Source: an uncultured Candidatus Rokubacteria bacterium (lineage in GTDB: Bacteria > Methylomirabilota > Methylomirabilia > Rokubacteriales > CSP1-6). Taken from it: a stretch of 64,000 nucleotides of DNA. The notes beneath the pieces were generated by a model. The model was not told the DNA's origin, did not search any database, and saw only the letters and a list, made by a program, of their open reading frames with translations. Positions 43,781 to 52,971 of the stretch are shown here, piece after piece (the first letter of the stretch is position 1; each line of letters opens with the position of its first letter). The stretch is taken from positions 1 through 64,000 of the forward strand of contig CAWBMV010000035.1 in assembly GCA_963789955.1 (NCBI GenBank), given 5' to 3'. Made by a program: the position numbers and the translations under genes.

Positions 43781-45239
43781 CTAGAAATGCATCACCTCGG
43801 CCGCGTGGTCGAACACATCCTGGATGCGGCCGTGCGAGATCGCGCTTGCCTGCACGGCCGCCACCAGGTGGCGCCAGCGCAGCGACGGACGGGTCGCGTA
43901 GAACTCCTCGTACGTCGCCTGATGGTGCTTGAAGGCATGCATCTCGGTGAAGTTGTCGCGACAGGCGATCTTGGCCAGCACGTCGATCAACGCCTCCGGT
44001 GCATAGCCGTTGTCGGCGTACTGCTGCGCGAGCGCGGCCGCGTGCTTGACCTCGTCGGTCGAGCGCCAGCTGGCGAGACCCGCCGTCGGCAGCCGCTCGC
44101 CGACCGGGCAGACTGCTGATGAGGCTCTCGAGCTCCTCGAGCAGCTGGTCTTGCGTGCGGGCCGACAACGCCGCCACGCGCTCGGGCTCGGGCTGGACGT
44201 CCGACGCGAGCATGCGCTGCGCCATCCGCACCTCCGGCCCCGTGTTCCAGGTCAGCAGCGCCTGCAGCTTGATTCGCCGCGAGAGCTCCGGCTGCCGCAG
44301 CAGATAGCGCCGGGTGTTGGCGCCGGTGTTGATGTGCACGTCCATCGGGTTGCCGGTCTTCGAGCGCAGGAAGAGCGTGGATCCGCCGACCGACAGGGCT
44401 TCGCCGGCGCCCTCGAGCGACAGGCCGCCGCCGAGCGCCCGCGCCAGCATCTCCGGGATCTCGCCGAACTCGGTGCAGCGCCCGATCTCGTCGGCCAGCG
44501 CCGTGATCGCGGCGGTCTCGTCGTCGCCCGTCTTCGCGCGCAGATCGCGCTCGAGCAGCTCGTGCTTCCGGATCAGCTCGTCGACGTCGAGCATCATCGC
44601 GGGATTCGTCGGACGCGTGATGTAGCGCACCGGCGCCCGGCCGATGTACTTCGCGTAGTCCCAGCCGAAGTATTCGAGGGCCCGCACCGTGAACACCGGG
44701 AACAGGAAGTAGTGGTCGTCGAGCTGGTTCTTCGGCACGCCGACCTCGAGCAGGAGCTCGAGAATCTGCATCGGCGAGAGGCGATCGAGCAGGTACAGGA
44801 AGTAGTGATCGCAGGCGTTGTAGACCCCGCGGCTCACGGCGGTCCGGAACGCCTTCACCGTCGCCTCGACGTCGTCGTTCTCCGAGACGGGCTTCGCGTC
44901 GGCGAGCACGTAGGGGCCCATCGCCGGCGAGTGGATGTGCTTGTTCGCGACCGCGACGTTCTGGATGACCGGCAGCATCGCGTACTCACCGGAGAGCCGG
45001 GCCGAGATGTGGTGGACGGCGTGCAGCCCGCAGAGCGGGTGGACCGGGCCGCCGTGATGGCCGGGCGGCAGATCCGAGGAGCGCACGACCGCCAGCGCCG
45101 AGGCGAGGAGCATGTCCTTCACCGTCGTGCCGGCGCCGAGCCTGTCGTGGGTCGCGGCCACAATGCGGTCGGGCGTCGTCTCCTCGACGAACTGCACCAG
45201 CGGCTCGATGTGCTCTGGAAAGCGAACACGTTGGGCCAT
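43781..45239 (-). CDS. Hypothetical His-rich helical protein; frameshift near 44110
   Basis: Strong coding bias; GGAGG RBS; C-terminus in ORF 43781-43990. Confidence 0.75.
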
Positions 45240-45255
45240 GACACGATCCTCCCGG

Positions 45256-46182
45256 TTACCTGAGCGTTGCGCCGGCGGGCGAAGCTGCCGCGAGGGCCTC
45301 TCGCACGAAGGCGGGTTCGAAGATCCGGTCAGCCATCACCTGACAGCGCTTCATCAGCCGGTGCTCGTCCGGCCGGTAGTCGGCGACCGCGTTGTGAAGC
45401 GTACCGATGTGATCCCACATCAGCACGTCACCTTCGGTCCAGCGGTGCGTGAACTGATACTTCGGCTGCAGCTGGTGCGCGAACAAGGTCTCGAGCACCC
45501 GATCGCTCTCGGCCTCGTCGAGCTCGTTGATGCGGATCGCGTAGCCGGGGTTGCAGTAGAGCACGCGCCGGCCCGTGATCGGATGCGTGAGAAACAGCGG
45601 ATGCACGGACGGCGGACGACGCCGGCGCTGCTCCGCGGTGAGCGGCCCCCGCAGGCTGCCGGGGCGGCGCCGCATGTTCTCCCAGAACTTGTTGAAGTCG
45701 TGGGTGGCCGTCGCGTTCGCGAGCCTGGCTTTCAGCTCGGGCGCCAGATCCTCGTACGCGGCCTGCGTGTTCGCGAACATCGTGGCGCCGAGCACCTGCC
45801 CGTCTCGGCGCGGCACCTTGACCGCGTAGAGCACGTTCAGGAACCCGATCGTCTCGTTGTAGGACATGTCGGTGTGCCAGTCCTGCCCCGCGTCGGTGAT
45901 GCCGATCGGCTCGCCGTTCTCGATGATGTTCGAGAGATAGCCGACCTCGGGCATGCCGGGCTCGTGGTGCCGGCCGGTGAGCGTGGCCTGGATCTGGCCG
46001 AAGCGCCGGGAGAAGTCTCGTAGCTGGACGGCCTCGAGCTTTTGGCCGGGAAAGCGCAGCACGCCGTGCCGGCCGAGACCTTCCAGAATCGTCGCGAAGT
46101 CCGCGTCGCTCAAGGGTTTCGCGAGGTCCATCCCCCGGACCGTCGCACCCAGGATCTGCCCGCTCGGCTCGATGGCCGTCAT
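45256..46182 (-). CDS. TauD/TfdA family Fe(II)/2-oxoglutarate dioxygenase
   Basis: WHTD, HPL...HPITG, WDHIGTLH. Confidence 0.92.
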   Translation of the reverse strand: MTAIEPSGQILGATVRGMDLAKPLSDADFATILEGLGRHGVLRFPGQKLEAVQLRDFSRRFGQIQATLTGRHHEPGMPEVGYLSNIIENGEPIGITDAGQDWHTDMSYNETIGFLNVLYAVKVPRRDGQVLGATMFANTQAAYEDLAPELKARLANATATHDFNKFWENMRRRPGSLRGPLTAEQRRRRPPSVHPLFLTHPITGRRVLYCNPGYAIRINELDEAESDRVLETLFAHQLQPKYQFTHRWTEGDVLMWDHIGTLHNAVADYRPDEHRLMKRCQVMADRIFEPAFVREALAAASPAGATLR

Positions 46183-46257
46183 GCCATCCTCCTCACCGCT
46201 TGGCGGGATTATACTGCGCCGAGTTCGCTAACGTGTCGCGCACCAGGAGGAAGCCCG

Positions 46258-47355
46258 ATGGAGATGCAGGCCGCCGTCTTTCGCAAGGTCCACGAGCCGT
46301 TGACGATCGAGTCCGTCGAGATCGACAAGCCCTGGGGCCGCGAGGTCCTGGTTCGCACCGCCGCCACCGGCGTCTGCCACAGCGATCTGCACGTTGTCGA
46401 CGGTTTCGGCCGGTTTCCGCTGGATCGCCCGATCGTGCTCGGCCACGAGGGCTCCGGCGTCGTCGAGGCGGTCGGCGCCGACGTGACGACGGTGCGACCG
46501 GGCGACCACGTGGTGGCCTGCCTCTCGGGCTTCTGCGGCACCTGCGAGCAATGCCTGGGCGGCCACCCGAATCTCTGCGTCGCCGGGTTTGTCACTCGGG
46601 CTGACTCGAGCGCCCCACGTCTTTCGCAGAAAGGCGCTCCGGTGCGGCAGTTCATCGGCATCTCGAGCTACGCCGAGCGGATGCTGCTCCACGAGAACTC
46701 GATCGTGAAGATCGATCCCGACCTCCCGCTCGACCGCGCGGCGCTCGTCGGGTGCGGCGTGCTCACCGGCGTGGGAGCCGCGCTGCGGTCCGCCGGGCTC
46801 GAGGCCGGGCAAACCGTCGCCGTCTTCGGCTGCGGCGGGGTGGGGCTGTCGATCGTGCAGGGCGCGCGGATCGGCGGCGCCAGCCAGATCATCGGCGTCG
46901 ACGTCTTCGACGGAAAGCTCGAGATGGCCAAGCGCGTGGGCGCCACGCACGTCGTGAACAGCTCGAAGGACGATCCCGTCAAGGCGGTGCGCTCGCTCAC
47001 GCGCGGCGCGGGAGTCGATCACGCCTTCGAGGCGGTCGGCAACACCACGCTCGTCCGCCAGGCGATCGAAAGCCTCGCCATCCGGGGCACGGCCACGATC
47101 GTGGGTGTCATGCCCCCGGACGCGAAGATCGAGTTTCCGTGGATGGCGATTCGGCCGGAGTGCAAGGTGCAGACCTCGCGCATGGGCAGCAACCGGTTCC
47201 GCACGGACATTCCGCGCTACCTGGAGTTCTATCGCCAGGGCCGCCTGATGCTGGACGAGATGGTCAGCCGTCGCGGCCGGCTCAGCGACATCAACGAAGC
47301 GTTCCGCGCGATGAAGGCGGGCGAGGTCGCGCGGTCCGTTCTCATGTTCAATTAG
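46258..47355 (+). CDS. Zn-dependent alcohol dehydrogenase
   Basis: GVCHSD, LGHEG, CGTCEQC, GCGGVG; AGGAGG RBS. Confidence 0.93.
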   Translation: MEMQAAVFRKVHEPLTIESVEIDKPWGREVLVRTAATGVCHSDLHVVDGFGRFPLDRPIVLGHEGSGVVEAVGADVTTVRPGDHVVACLSGFCGTCEQCLGGHPNLCVAGFVTRADSSAPRLSQKGAPVRQFIGISSYAERMLLHENSIVKIDPDLPLDRAALVGCGVLTGVGAALRSAGLEAGQTVAVFGCGGVGLSIVQGARIGGASQIIGVDVFDGKLEMAKRVGATHVVNSSKDDPVKAVRSLTRGAGVDHAFEAVGNTTLVRQAIESLAIRGTATIVGVMPPDAKIEFPWMAIRPECKVQTSRMGSNRFRTDIPRYLEFYRQGRLMLDEMVSRRGRLSDINEAFRAMKAGEVARSVLMFN

Positions 47356-47402
47356 CCGGCGATCCTCGGAGCCAGAGGCCCCGCGGCATCAGGAACGCAG
47401 CG

Positions 47403-48440
47403 ATGATCGTCGACATGCACGCGCACATCATTCCGGAGAATTTCCCGCCGGCGGGGACGCGCCCGAGCGCGTGGTCGTGGCCGTCGATGGATCATTTCGA
47501 GGCCGGGCGGGCGCGCGTGATGATCGGCGGCGAAAACTATCGCACCGTGCACGACGGCAACTGGAGCGTCGAGCGCCGGCTGCGGGACATGAAGGCTCAG
47601 AGCGTCGACGTCGAGGTGATCTCGCCGATGCCCGAGCTGTGCGCCTACTGGTTCACGGCGGCGGACGCGCTCGACTTCTGCCGCTACACCAACGACGTGA
47701 TCGTCCGCATGTGCGCGGCGGCGCCCGGCCGCTTCATCGGCCTCGGGATCGTGCCGCTCCAGGATCCGGAGATGGCCGCGAAGGAGCTGGCTCACATCAA
47801 GAGTCTCGGCTTCCCCGGCGTCGAGCTCGGATCGAACGTGAATGGCCAGTCGCTGGGCATGGCGGAGTTTCAAGGATTCTTCCAGGAAGCCGAACGGCTC
47901 GGCGTCGCGGTCTTCGTGCACGCGCTGCGGCCGACGATGATGGACCGCTTTCCCACGAAGGCGCTCTTCAATCCGGTCGGCTACCCGACCGACACGAGCC
48001 TGAGCATCGCGTCGATGATCGACGGCGGCACCGCCGAGAAGTGCCCGAGCTTGAGGATCGCGTTCAGCCACGGCGGCGGCACGTTTCCGTTCCTGCTGCC
48101 GCGCTACAACCATCACTGGAGCGGCACGTGGAACGAGGAGACGCCCGTTCCGGGCCGCGGCGCGGCGGCGCCGGACGCGCTGCCGCGCTCGCCGGCCGAG
48201 TACGCGCGCCGCTTCTACTACGACACGTTGCTCTTCGACCGGCGGGCGCTGCGCTACCTGATCGACATGGTCGGCGCCGGACAGATTCTCGTCGGCACGG
48301 ACTACCCCTACATGGCGCCCGAGCTACCGGTGGACAAGACGCTTCGGACCTTGAATCTGCCGCCGGACGTTCACGCGGACATCACCTGGAACAACTGCTT
48401 CCGTTTCCTCGGGATGACGCCGCCGAGCCTCTCCAAGTAG
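47403..48440 (+). CDS. Amidohydrolase_2 family (ACMSD-like decarboxylase)
   Basis: DMHAH, SPMPEL, SHGGG, FYYDT, GTDYP. Confidence 0.85.
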   Translation: MIVDMHAHIIPENFPPAGTRPSAWSWPSMDHFEAGRARVMIGGENYRTVHDGNWSVERRLRDMKAQSVDVEVISPMPELCAYWFTAADALDFCRYTNDVIVRMCAAAPGRFIGLGIVPLQDPEMAAKELAHIKSLGFPGVELGSNVNGQSLGMAEFQGFFQEAERLGVAVFVHALRPTMMDRFPTKALFNPVGYPTDTSLSIASMIDGGTAEKCPSLRIAFSHGGGTFPFLLPRYNHHWSGTWNEETPVPGRGAAAPDALPRSPAEYARRFYYDTLLFDRRALRYLIDMVGAGQILVGTDYPYMAPELPVDKTLRTLNLPPDVHADITWNNCFRFLGMTPPSLSK

Positions 48441-48483
48441 CCATCGCGACGCGTTGCGCGCGCCTCGCCGAGCGGAGGAGTCG

Positions 48484-49656
48484 ATGCTGAAGGTCACCCA
48501 GAATCTGATGCTGCCGACCGCCATCACCGGGTCGTATCCGCGGCCGCTCTGGTTCACCGAGAGCCTGCATGGACGGTCGTTCAAGTCGGCGCTCGGCGAC
48601 TCGATCTTTCGCGAGCAGTATCTGGACGCGGTCGCGTGCGTCGTCAACGCTCAGGAAGCCGCCGGGCTCGACATCGTGACCGACGGCGACACGCGGTTCG
48701 ATCTCGCCGTCGGCGGCAAGTCGTGGTTCTTCTACCCGATCGAGCGCCTGGGCGGCATCGAAGGCCACCGCGACACCTCGCGCGGCTGGATGGCTCGGCA
48801 CGGCCTGCGACCCGGCCGCATCCTCTGGGAAGTGCAAGAGGCGTATCAGCCCGGGGTGGTCCGGGAAAAGCTGACCCGCGGCCCCCTGGAATACACCGCG
48901 CTCTGGAAGACGGCGCAGCGGCTGACCGACAAGCCGATGAAGTTCGGCGCGATCTGCGCGCCCGCGCTGGCCAGCATGCTCTGGGACGAGCACTATCGTG
49001 ACGAGAAGGCGCTGATCAACGACCTCTGCGACATCATGAACGCCGAGTTCCGCGAGCTCGCGGCCGCCGGCTGTCCCCTCATTCAGGTGGAAGAGCCGCC
49101 GCACCACGGTCGCACGACGCGCCCGGACTGCACCGACGCCGATCTCGAGTTTTTCACGCAGGCCTTCAATCGCCAGCTGAAAGGAGTCGACTCCGAGATC
49201 TGGGTCCACACCTGCTGGGGCAACCCGAATCAGCAGCGCGTGTACTGGGAGCCGCCGAGCTACGAGCGGGCGCTCCCCCATCTGCTCCAGCTCGACGGCG
49301 ACGTGATCACGTTCGAGTGCGCCAGCTCGGACGGCCGCGATCTTCACCTCTTCGGCAAGTATCGAACCGACAAGAAGATCGGGATCGGCGTCGTGAACCA
49401 CTGCAACACGGTCGTCGAGCCGCCCGAGCACGTGGCGCGGTTGATCCGGAAGGCGTTGGAGTACATCCCGCCGGAGCGGCTCGTGATCACGACCGACTGC
49501 GGCTTCGGACGCGAGGGGCTCAGCCGCCGGATCGCGTACTACAAGTGCGTGGCGCTGGTCGAGGGCACCAACATCGTCCGGCGCGAGCTCGGTCTGCCCG
49601 AGGCGCGCGTGCGCGCCGCCGACCCACGGCTCTGGTTCGCCAGCGGGCCCGAGTAG
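48484..49656 (+). CDS. Cobalamin-independent methionine synthase II / MetE-like protein
   Basis: GSYPRP, QEAAGLDIVTDG, VHTCWGN, TDCGF. Confidence 0.88.
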   Translation: MLKVTQNLMLPTAITGSYPRPLWFTESLHGRSFKSALGDSIFREQYLDAVACVVNAQEAAGLDIVTDGDTRFDLAVGGKSWFFYPIERLGGIEGHRDTSRGWMARHGLRPGRILWEVQEAYQPGVVREKLTRGPLEYTALWKTAQRLTDKPMKFGAICAPALASMLWDEHYRDEKALINDLCDIMNAEFRELAAAGCPLIQVEEPPHHGRTTRPDCTDADLEFFTQAFNRQLKGVDSEIWVHTCWGNPNQQRVYWEPPSYERALPHLLQLDGDVITFECASSDGRDLHLFGKYRTDKKIGIGVVNHCNTVVEPPEHVARLIRKALEYIPPERLVITTDCGFGREGLSRRIAYYKCVALVEGTNIVRRELGLPEARVRAADPRLWFASGPE

Positions 49657-49701
49657 TCCTGCCTTGCATCGGTCTGGGTGGCGCAGCCGGGAAACGCGGC
49701 C

Positions 49702-50268
49702 CTACTCGACGTACAACTGGCCTGCGACCACGCGGGTTCCGTCCGGGGCACGGCGCAGCACGACGAACTCGCCCATACGGATGTTGAGTCCGGTCAGATC
49801 CGTCACGACACTGCCGTGAGTGACGACAACGAGCGGCGCTCCGCCCTGGTACGCGTCGATGACTTTTCGCGTCTCGGCCAGGCGGCGTTGGCGGAGCTCG
49901 GTGTCGTTGAGCGCGCCCTGAAGCACATCCCACGGCTCGACCCGGCCGAAGGCGAGGCGCGCCGTGTCCAGGCAGCGGCAGCGCGGGCTCGAGAGGACCC
50001 TGGCCACGGCGATCGCGTGCTGGCGGAACGCCTCGCCGACCCGCCGCGCCTGAGCCCGGCCGTTCTCGTCCAGGTTGCGCTGGGTCGAGCAGTCCTCGAG
50101 CTTTGCATCGGGCGGATCGAAGCCGCCGGGAGCGTAGCTATGCCGCAGCACCACGACGCTGCCCGGCGCGCGCAGCGCATCCCACACCGACTCCGCGTGC
50201 GCGATCGACGCGAGGGCGACGCCGATCGCGACGATCAGCAGCACGACCACCCTCTGTCGTGCCTGCAT
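49702..50268 (-). CDS. Exported histidine phosphatase family protein
   Basis: Signal peptide; LRH, SSPRCRC, VVTH. Confidence 0.82.
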   Translation of the reverse strand: MQARQRVVVLLIVAIGVALASIAHAESVWDALRAPGSVVVLRHSYAPGGFDPPDAKLEDCSTQRNLDENGRAQARRVGEAFRQHAIAVARVLSSPRCRCLDTARLAFGRVEPWDVLQGALNDTELRQRRLAETRKVIDAYQGGAPLVVVTHGSVVTDLTGLNIRMGEFVVLRRAPDGTRVVAGQLYVE

Positions 50269-50390
50269 GGCGGCTCCTGTCTGACGTTCTGGCAAGCTGA
50301 TCTACCCCCGGTGGCCCTCGCGGCCGCCGGGCGCACCATCCCTGCTGCTAATTGCCGGACATTGCACCATATCTCGCCCGTCGCCGCTTC

Positions 50391-50406
50391 GGGCATTGGA
50401 TGTGCA
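50391..50406 (+). promoter_or_regulatory. Weak sigma54-type motif upstream of the pal-like gene
   Basis: GGGCATTGGATGTGCA (GG-N10-GC). Confidence 0.35.
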
Positions 50407-50479
50407 GACTTGCGTCAGCGCCCGCGGCCCGCGACCGAATCGCGGCCCCATCCAGGGCTCGCGGAAGGGAGGATCTCAA

Positions 50480-51049
50480 GTGAAGCACTTCTCACAGACC
50501 GCTCTCGTCCTGATGCTGGCGGCAGCGCCATTCCTCGCCGGATGCGCGATGACGCCGAACACGATGGCCGACTCCGGGTCGGCGCCTGCACCCGGCGGAT
50601 CGAAGGGTGGATCGATGGATGGAGGTCGCGCGGTCGGGTCTGCGGCCGGCGATCGTTCGGGCTCGAATGCGCAGGGCGCCGCCCGGCCCAACCCGAAGGA
50701 GTTCACCGCGAAGACGGACCTTCGGGACGTTCGCTTCGAGTTCGATTCCTACCAGATCCGTGCTGAAGACACGCAGGTTCTCGACCAGAACGCCGACATG
50801 ATGAAGGCGAACCCTGGTTGGATGGTGCTCATCGAAGGGCACGCCGATCAGCGCGGGACGACCGACTACAATCTCGCGCTCAGCGAGCGCCGGGCTCGCG
50901 CGTCGATGAACTACCTCGTCTCCCGAGGCGTCCGGGCTAACCGGATCTCGGTCATCAGCTACGGCAAGGAACACCCGATCTGCGCGGAGGCCAGCGAGGA
51001 TTGCTGGAGCCTGAATCGCCGAGCGCACTTCGCGGTCAAGGCGAAGTAA
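50480..51049 (+). CDS. Pal/OmpA-like peptidoglycan-associated lipoprotein
   Basis: Lipobox LAGC; IEGHADQRGTTDYNLALSERRA, SYGKE, NRR. Confidence 0.9.
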   Translation: MKHFSQTALVLMLAAAPFLAGCAMTPNTMADSGSAPAPGGSKGGSMDGGRAVGSAAGDRSGSNAQGAARPNPKEFTAKTDLRDVRFEFDSYQIRAEDTQVLDQNADMMKANPGWMVLIEGHADQRGTTDYNLALSERRARASMNYLVSRGVRANRISVISYGKEHPICAEASEDCWSLNRRAHFAVKAK

Positions 51050-51074
51050 CCCCTAACCCTAACCGTTCACGAAG

Positions 51075-51105
51075 AAGGAGGCGGCACGTGGCCGCCTCCT
51101 TTTTT
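51075..51105 (+). terminator. Rho-independent terminator
   Basis: AAGGAGGCGGC-acgtg-GCCGCCTCCTT followed by a T-run. Confidence 0.85.
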
Positions 51106-51124
51106 GTTTCACCTTCCGTCCGGA

Positions 51125-51826
51125 CTATCGTCCCTGGAGTGAGACCGTCGTGAGCCGGCGGGGTGCGACGTTCGTATACGTCACGCTGCCGTCGCGCGCG
51201 ACGTACTGCTGGATGCCGCCGCTGCCCTGCAGCTCCCACGCGAGCGGGGCGCCGTAGTAGCGCAGCACGCGCGCGACGTATTCCCGCGTCTCGGGATACG
51301 GCGGGATGCCGCGGAATGCCGCGACCGGCCTGTCACCGGCGTTGTAGGCGGCGATGGCCATCGGCAGGTCGTAGTGGAAGCGATCCATCATGCCGCGAAG
51401 ATGCCGGGTGCCCGCGTGGATGTTTTCGCGCGGATTGAACATGTCGCGAACGCCCAGAATCGCGGCGGTCTCCGGCATCAGCTGCATCAGCCCGCGCGCG
51501 CCTTTCGGCGACACGGCGCGAGCATCGAATCCCGACTCGACGCGGATGACGGCCCAGATGAGGCGCTCGGGCACCCCGTATCGCGCCGATGCTTCCGCGA
51601 TCTCGCGGGAGTACAGGCCGTAGTCACTCGAAGCCGGACGCTGCGATTCCCGCGCGGGCACCGCGTACGCCACGCGTTGCACCGTAGGATTCGGCTGGAT
51701 GTTCGTGAAATAGGTGGTCCCGTCGGAGGCGGTCCGCTTGTAGACCTGTGCGGCCGCCGGCGTCGCCGTGGCCATCGCTGCGGCGACCGCGAGGAGTCCC
51801 AGGGACCGCGTTCCCAACCTGCTCAT
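51125..51826 (-). CDS. Lytic transglycosylase (SLT domain) with DUF4124-like motifs
   Basis: AVIRVES, GARGLMQLMP, AAYNAG, ETREYV; signal peptide. Confidence 0.9.
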   Translation of the reverse strand: MSRLGTRSLGLLAVAAAMATATPAAAQVYKRTASDGTTYFTNIQPNPTVQRVAYAVPARESQRPASSDYGLYSREIAEASARYGVPERLIWAVIRVESGFDARAVSPKGARGLMQLMPETAAILGVRDMFNPRENIHAGTRHLRGMMDRFHYDLPMAIAAYNAGDRPVAAFRGIPPYPETREYVARVLRYYGAPLAWELQGSGGIQQYVARDGSVTYTNVAPRRLTTVSLQGR

Positions 51827-51840
51827 GCCAGGGTAATATG

Positions 51841-51855
51841 GCATATTCGATGCCG
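51841..51855 (-). promoter_or_regulatory. sigma54-type motif upstream of the lytic transglycosylase
   Basis: Minus strand CGGCATCGAATATGC (GG-N10-GC) in an AT-rich intergenic region. Confidence 0.5.
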
Positions 51856-51972
51856 AGCGGAATATCGTTATGTTTCATATGGTTAGAACGAATCGACCGG
51901 AAACAGGCCTGGTGAGTTTCTGGCCGGACGGCTCATTCCCGGACACCCCATTGGGGGCCCGGTCGCTCCGGA

Positions 51973-52971
51973 TCAGTACTCGTCGAACATGCGCTGGATC
52001 TCGGACACGTTGTCGGTCCTGGTGAGGGCCAGCATGGCCAGCACGCGCGCCTTCTGAGGAGTCAGGTTGTCGGCGACGACGATCTCCTGCTGACGCAGGA
52101 GCGTACGGGGAAGGACGCGACCGCTTCCCGCGCGGCTCGAAAGCACGATCAGGACTCCCTGCCGGCGGGCTTCGAGAAGGGCTTCCGTCTCGGCCGGCGT
52201 GGTGACGCCCGGCGGGAGCGAGGCCGATACGATCGCCCGCGCGCCGGCCGCAACGAACGCGCGAATCGCCGCGCCATCCGCCCCTGAATACGACGCCGCG
52301 ATGTCCACGCGCGGCAGATCGGTCCGCCCTCGCACATCGAACTCCGTGTCCGGCGCATGACGGCGCGATGGCCGGCGGTAGATGGCGATTCGGCCGTCGG
52401 GATCGGCGTAGCCGAGCATGCCGAGGTCCGGACTGCGAAACGTCTCGAGACGCAAGGTCGACGTCTTCGTCACGTCGCGCGCGGTCTGGATCTCGTCGTT
52501 GAGGAGTACGAGCACGCCGAGACCGCGCGCCTCGGACGATCCGGCGACCCGCACCGCGTTCAGGAGATTGAGCCCGGCGTCCGAGCTGAGGCCGGTGGCC
52601 GGCCGCTGCGAACCGACCAGCACGACGGTCGCGTCGACCTTGAGGGCGAGATTCAGAAAGTACGCCGTCTCCTCGAGTGTCGCGGTGCCGTGCGTGATCA
52701 CGATCCCGTCGAGGGGGGTGTGGCTGACCGTCGCGTCGCTCACCGCCGCGGCGAGGGCGAGCCAGTCGCCGGGTCCGATCGCCGCGCTTCCGACCGAGCG
52801 GAAGTGAACCGGGACGATCTCAGCGGCCTCGGCCGCCTCGGGGAACCGCACGAGGAGCTCGTCGGGCTCCGCCTTGCGGCTCGTATCCATGTACTCCCAC
52901 AGATCGAGGCTCCCGCGGCCGATCGACGAGATCGTGCCGCCCGTGCCGATCAGCGCGACCCGTCGCTTCAC
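51973..52971 (-). CDS. L-asparaginase family protein
   Basis: GTGGTIS, ITHGTATLEET, GSQRP, DVTK, KARV. Confidence 0.9.
   Translation of the reverse strand: MKRRVALIGTGGTISSIGRGSLDLWEYMDTSRKAEPDELLVRFPEAAEAAEIVPVHFRSVGSAAIGPGDWLALAAAVSDATVSHTPLDGIVITHGTATLEETAYFLNLALKVDATVVLVGSQRPATGLSSDAGLNLLNAVRVAGSSEARGLGVLVLLNDEIQTARDVTKTSTLRLETFRSPDLGMLGYADPDGRIAIYRRPSRRHAPDTEFDVRGRTDLPRVDIAASYSGADGAAIRAFVAAGARAIVSASLPPGVTTPAETEALLEARRQGVLIVLSSRAGSGRVLPRTLLRQQEIVVADNLTPQKARVLAMLALTRTDNVSEIQRMFDEY

Noticed and set aside
51047..51064. Telomere-like TAACCC(C) repeated three times after the pal-like stop codon
   Set aside because: Only about 18 bp, imperfect, and begins at a stop codon; most likely chance or slippage
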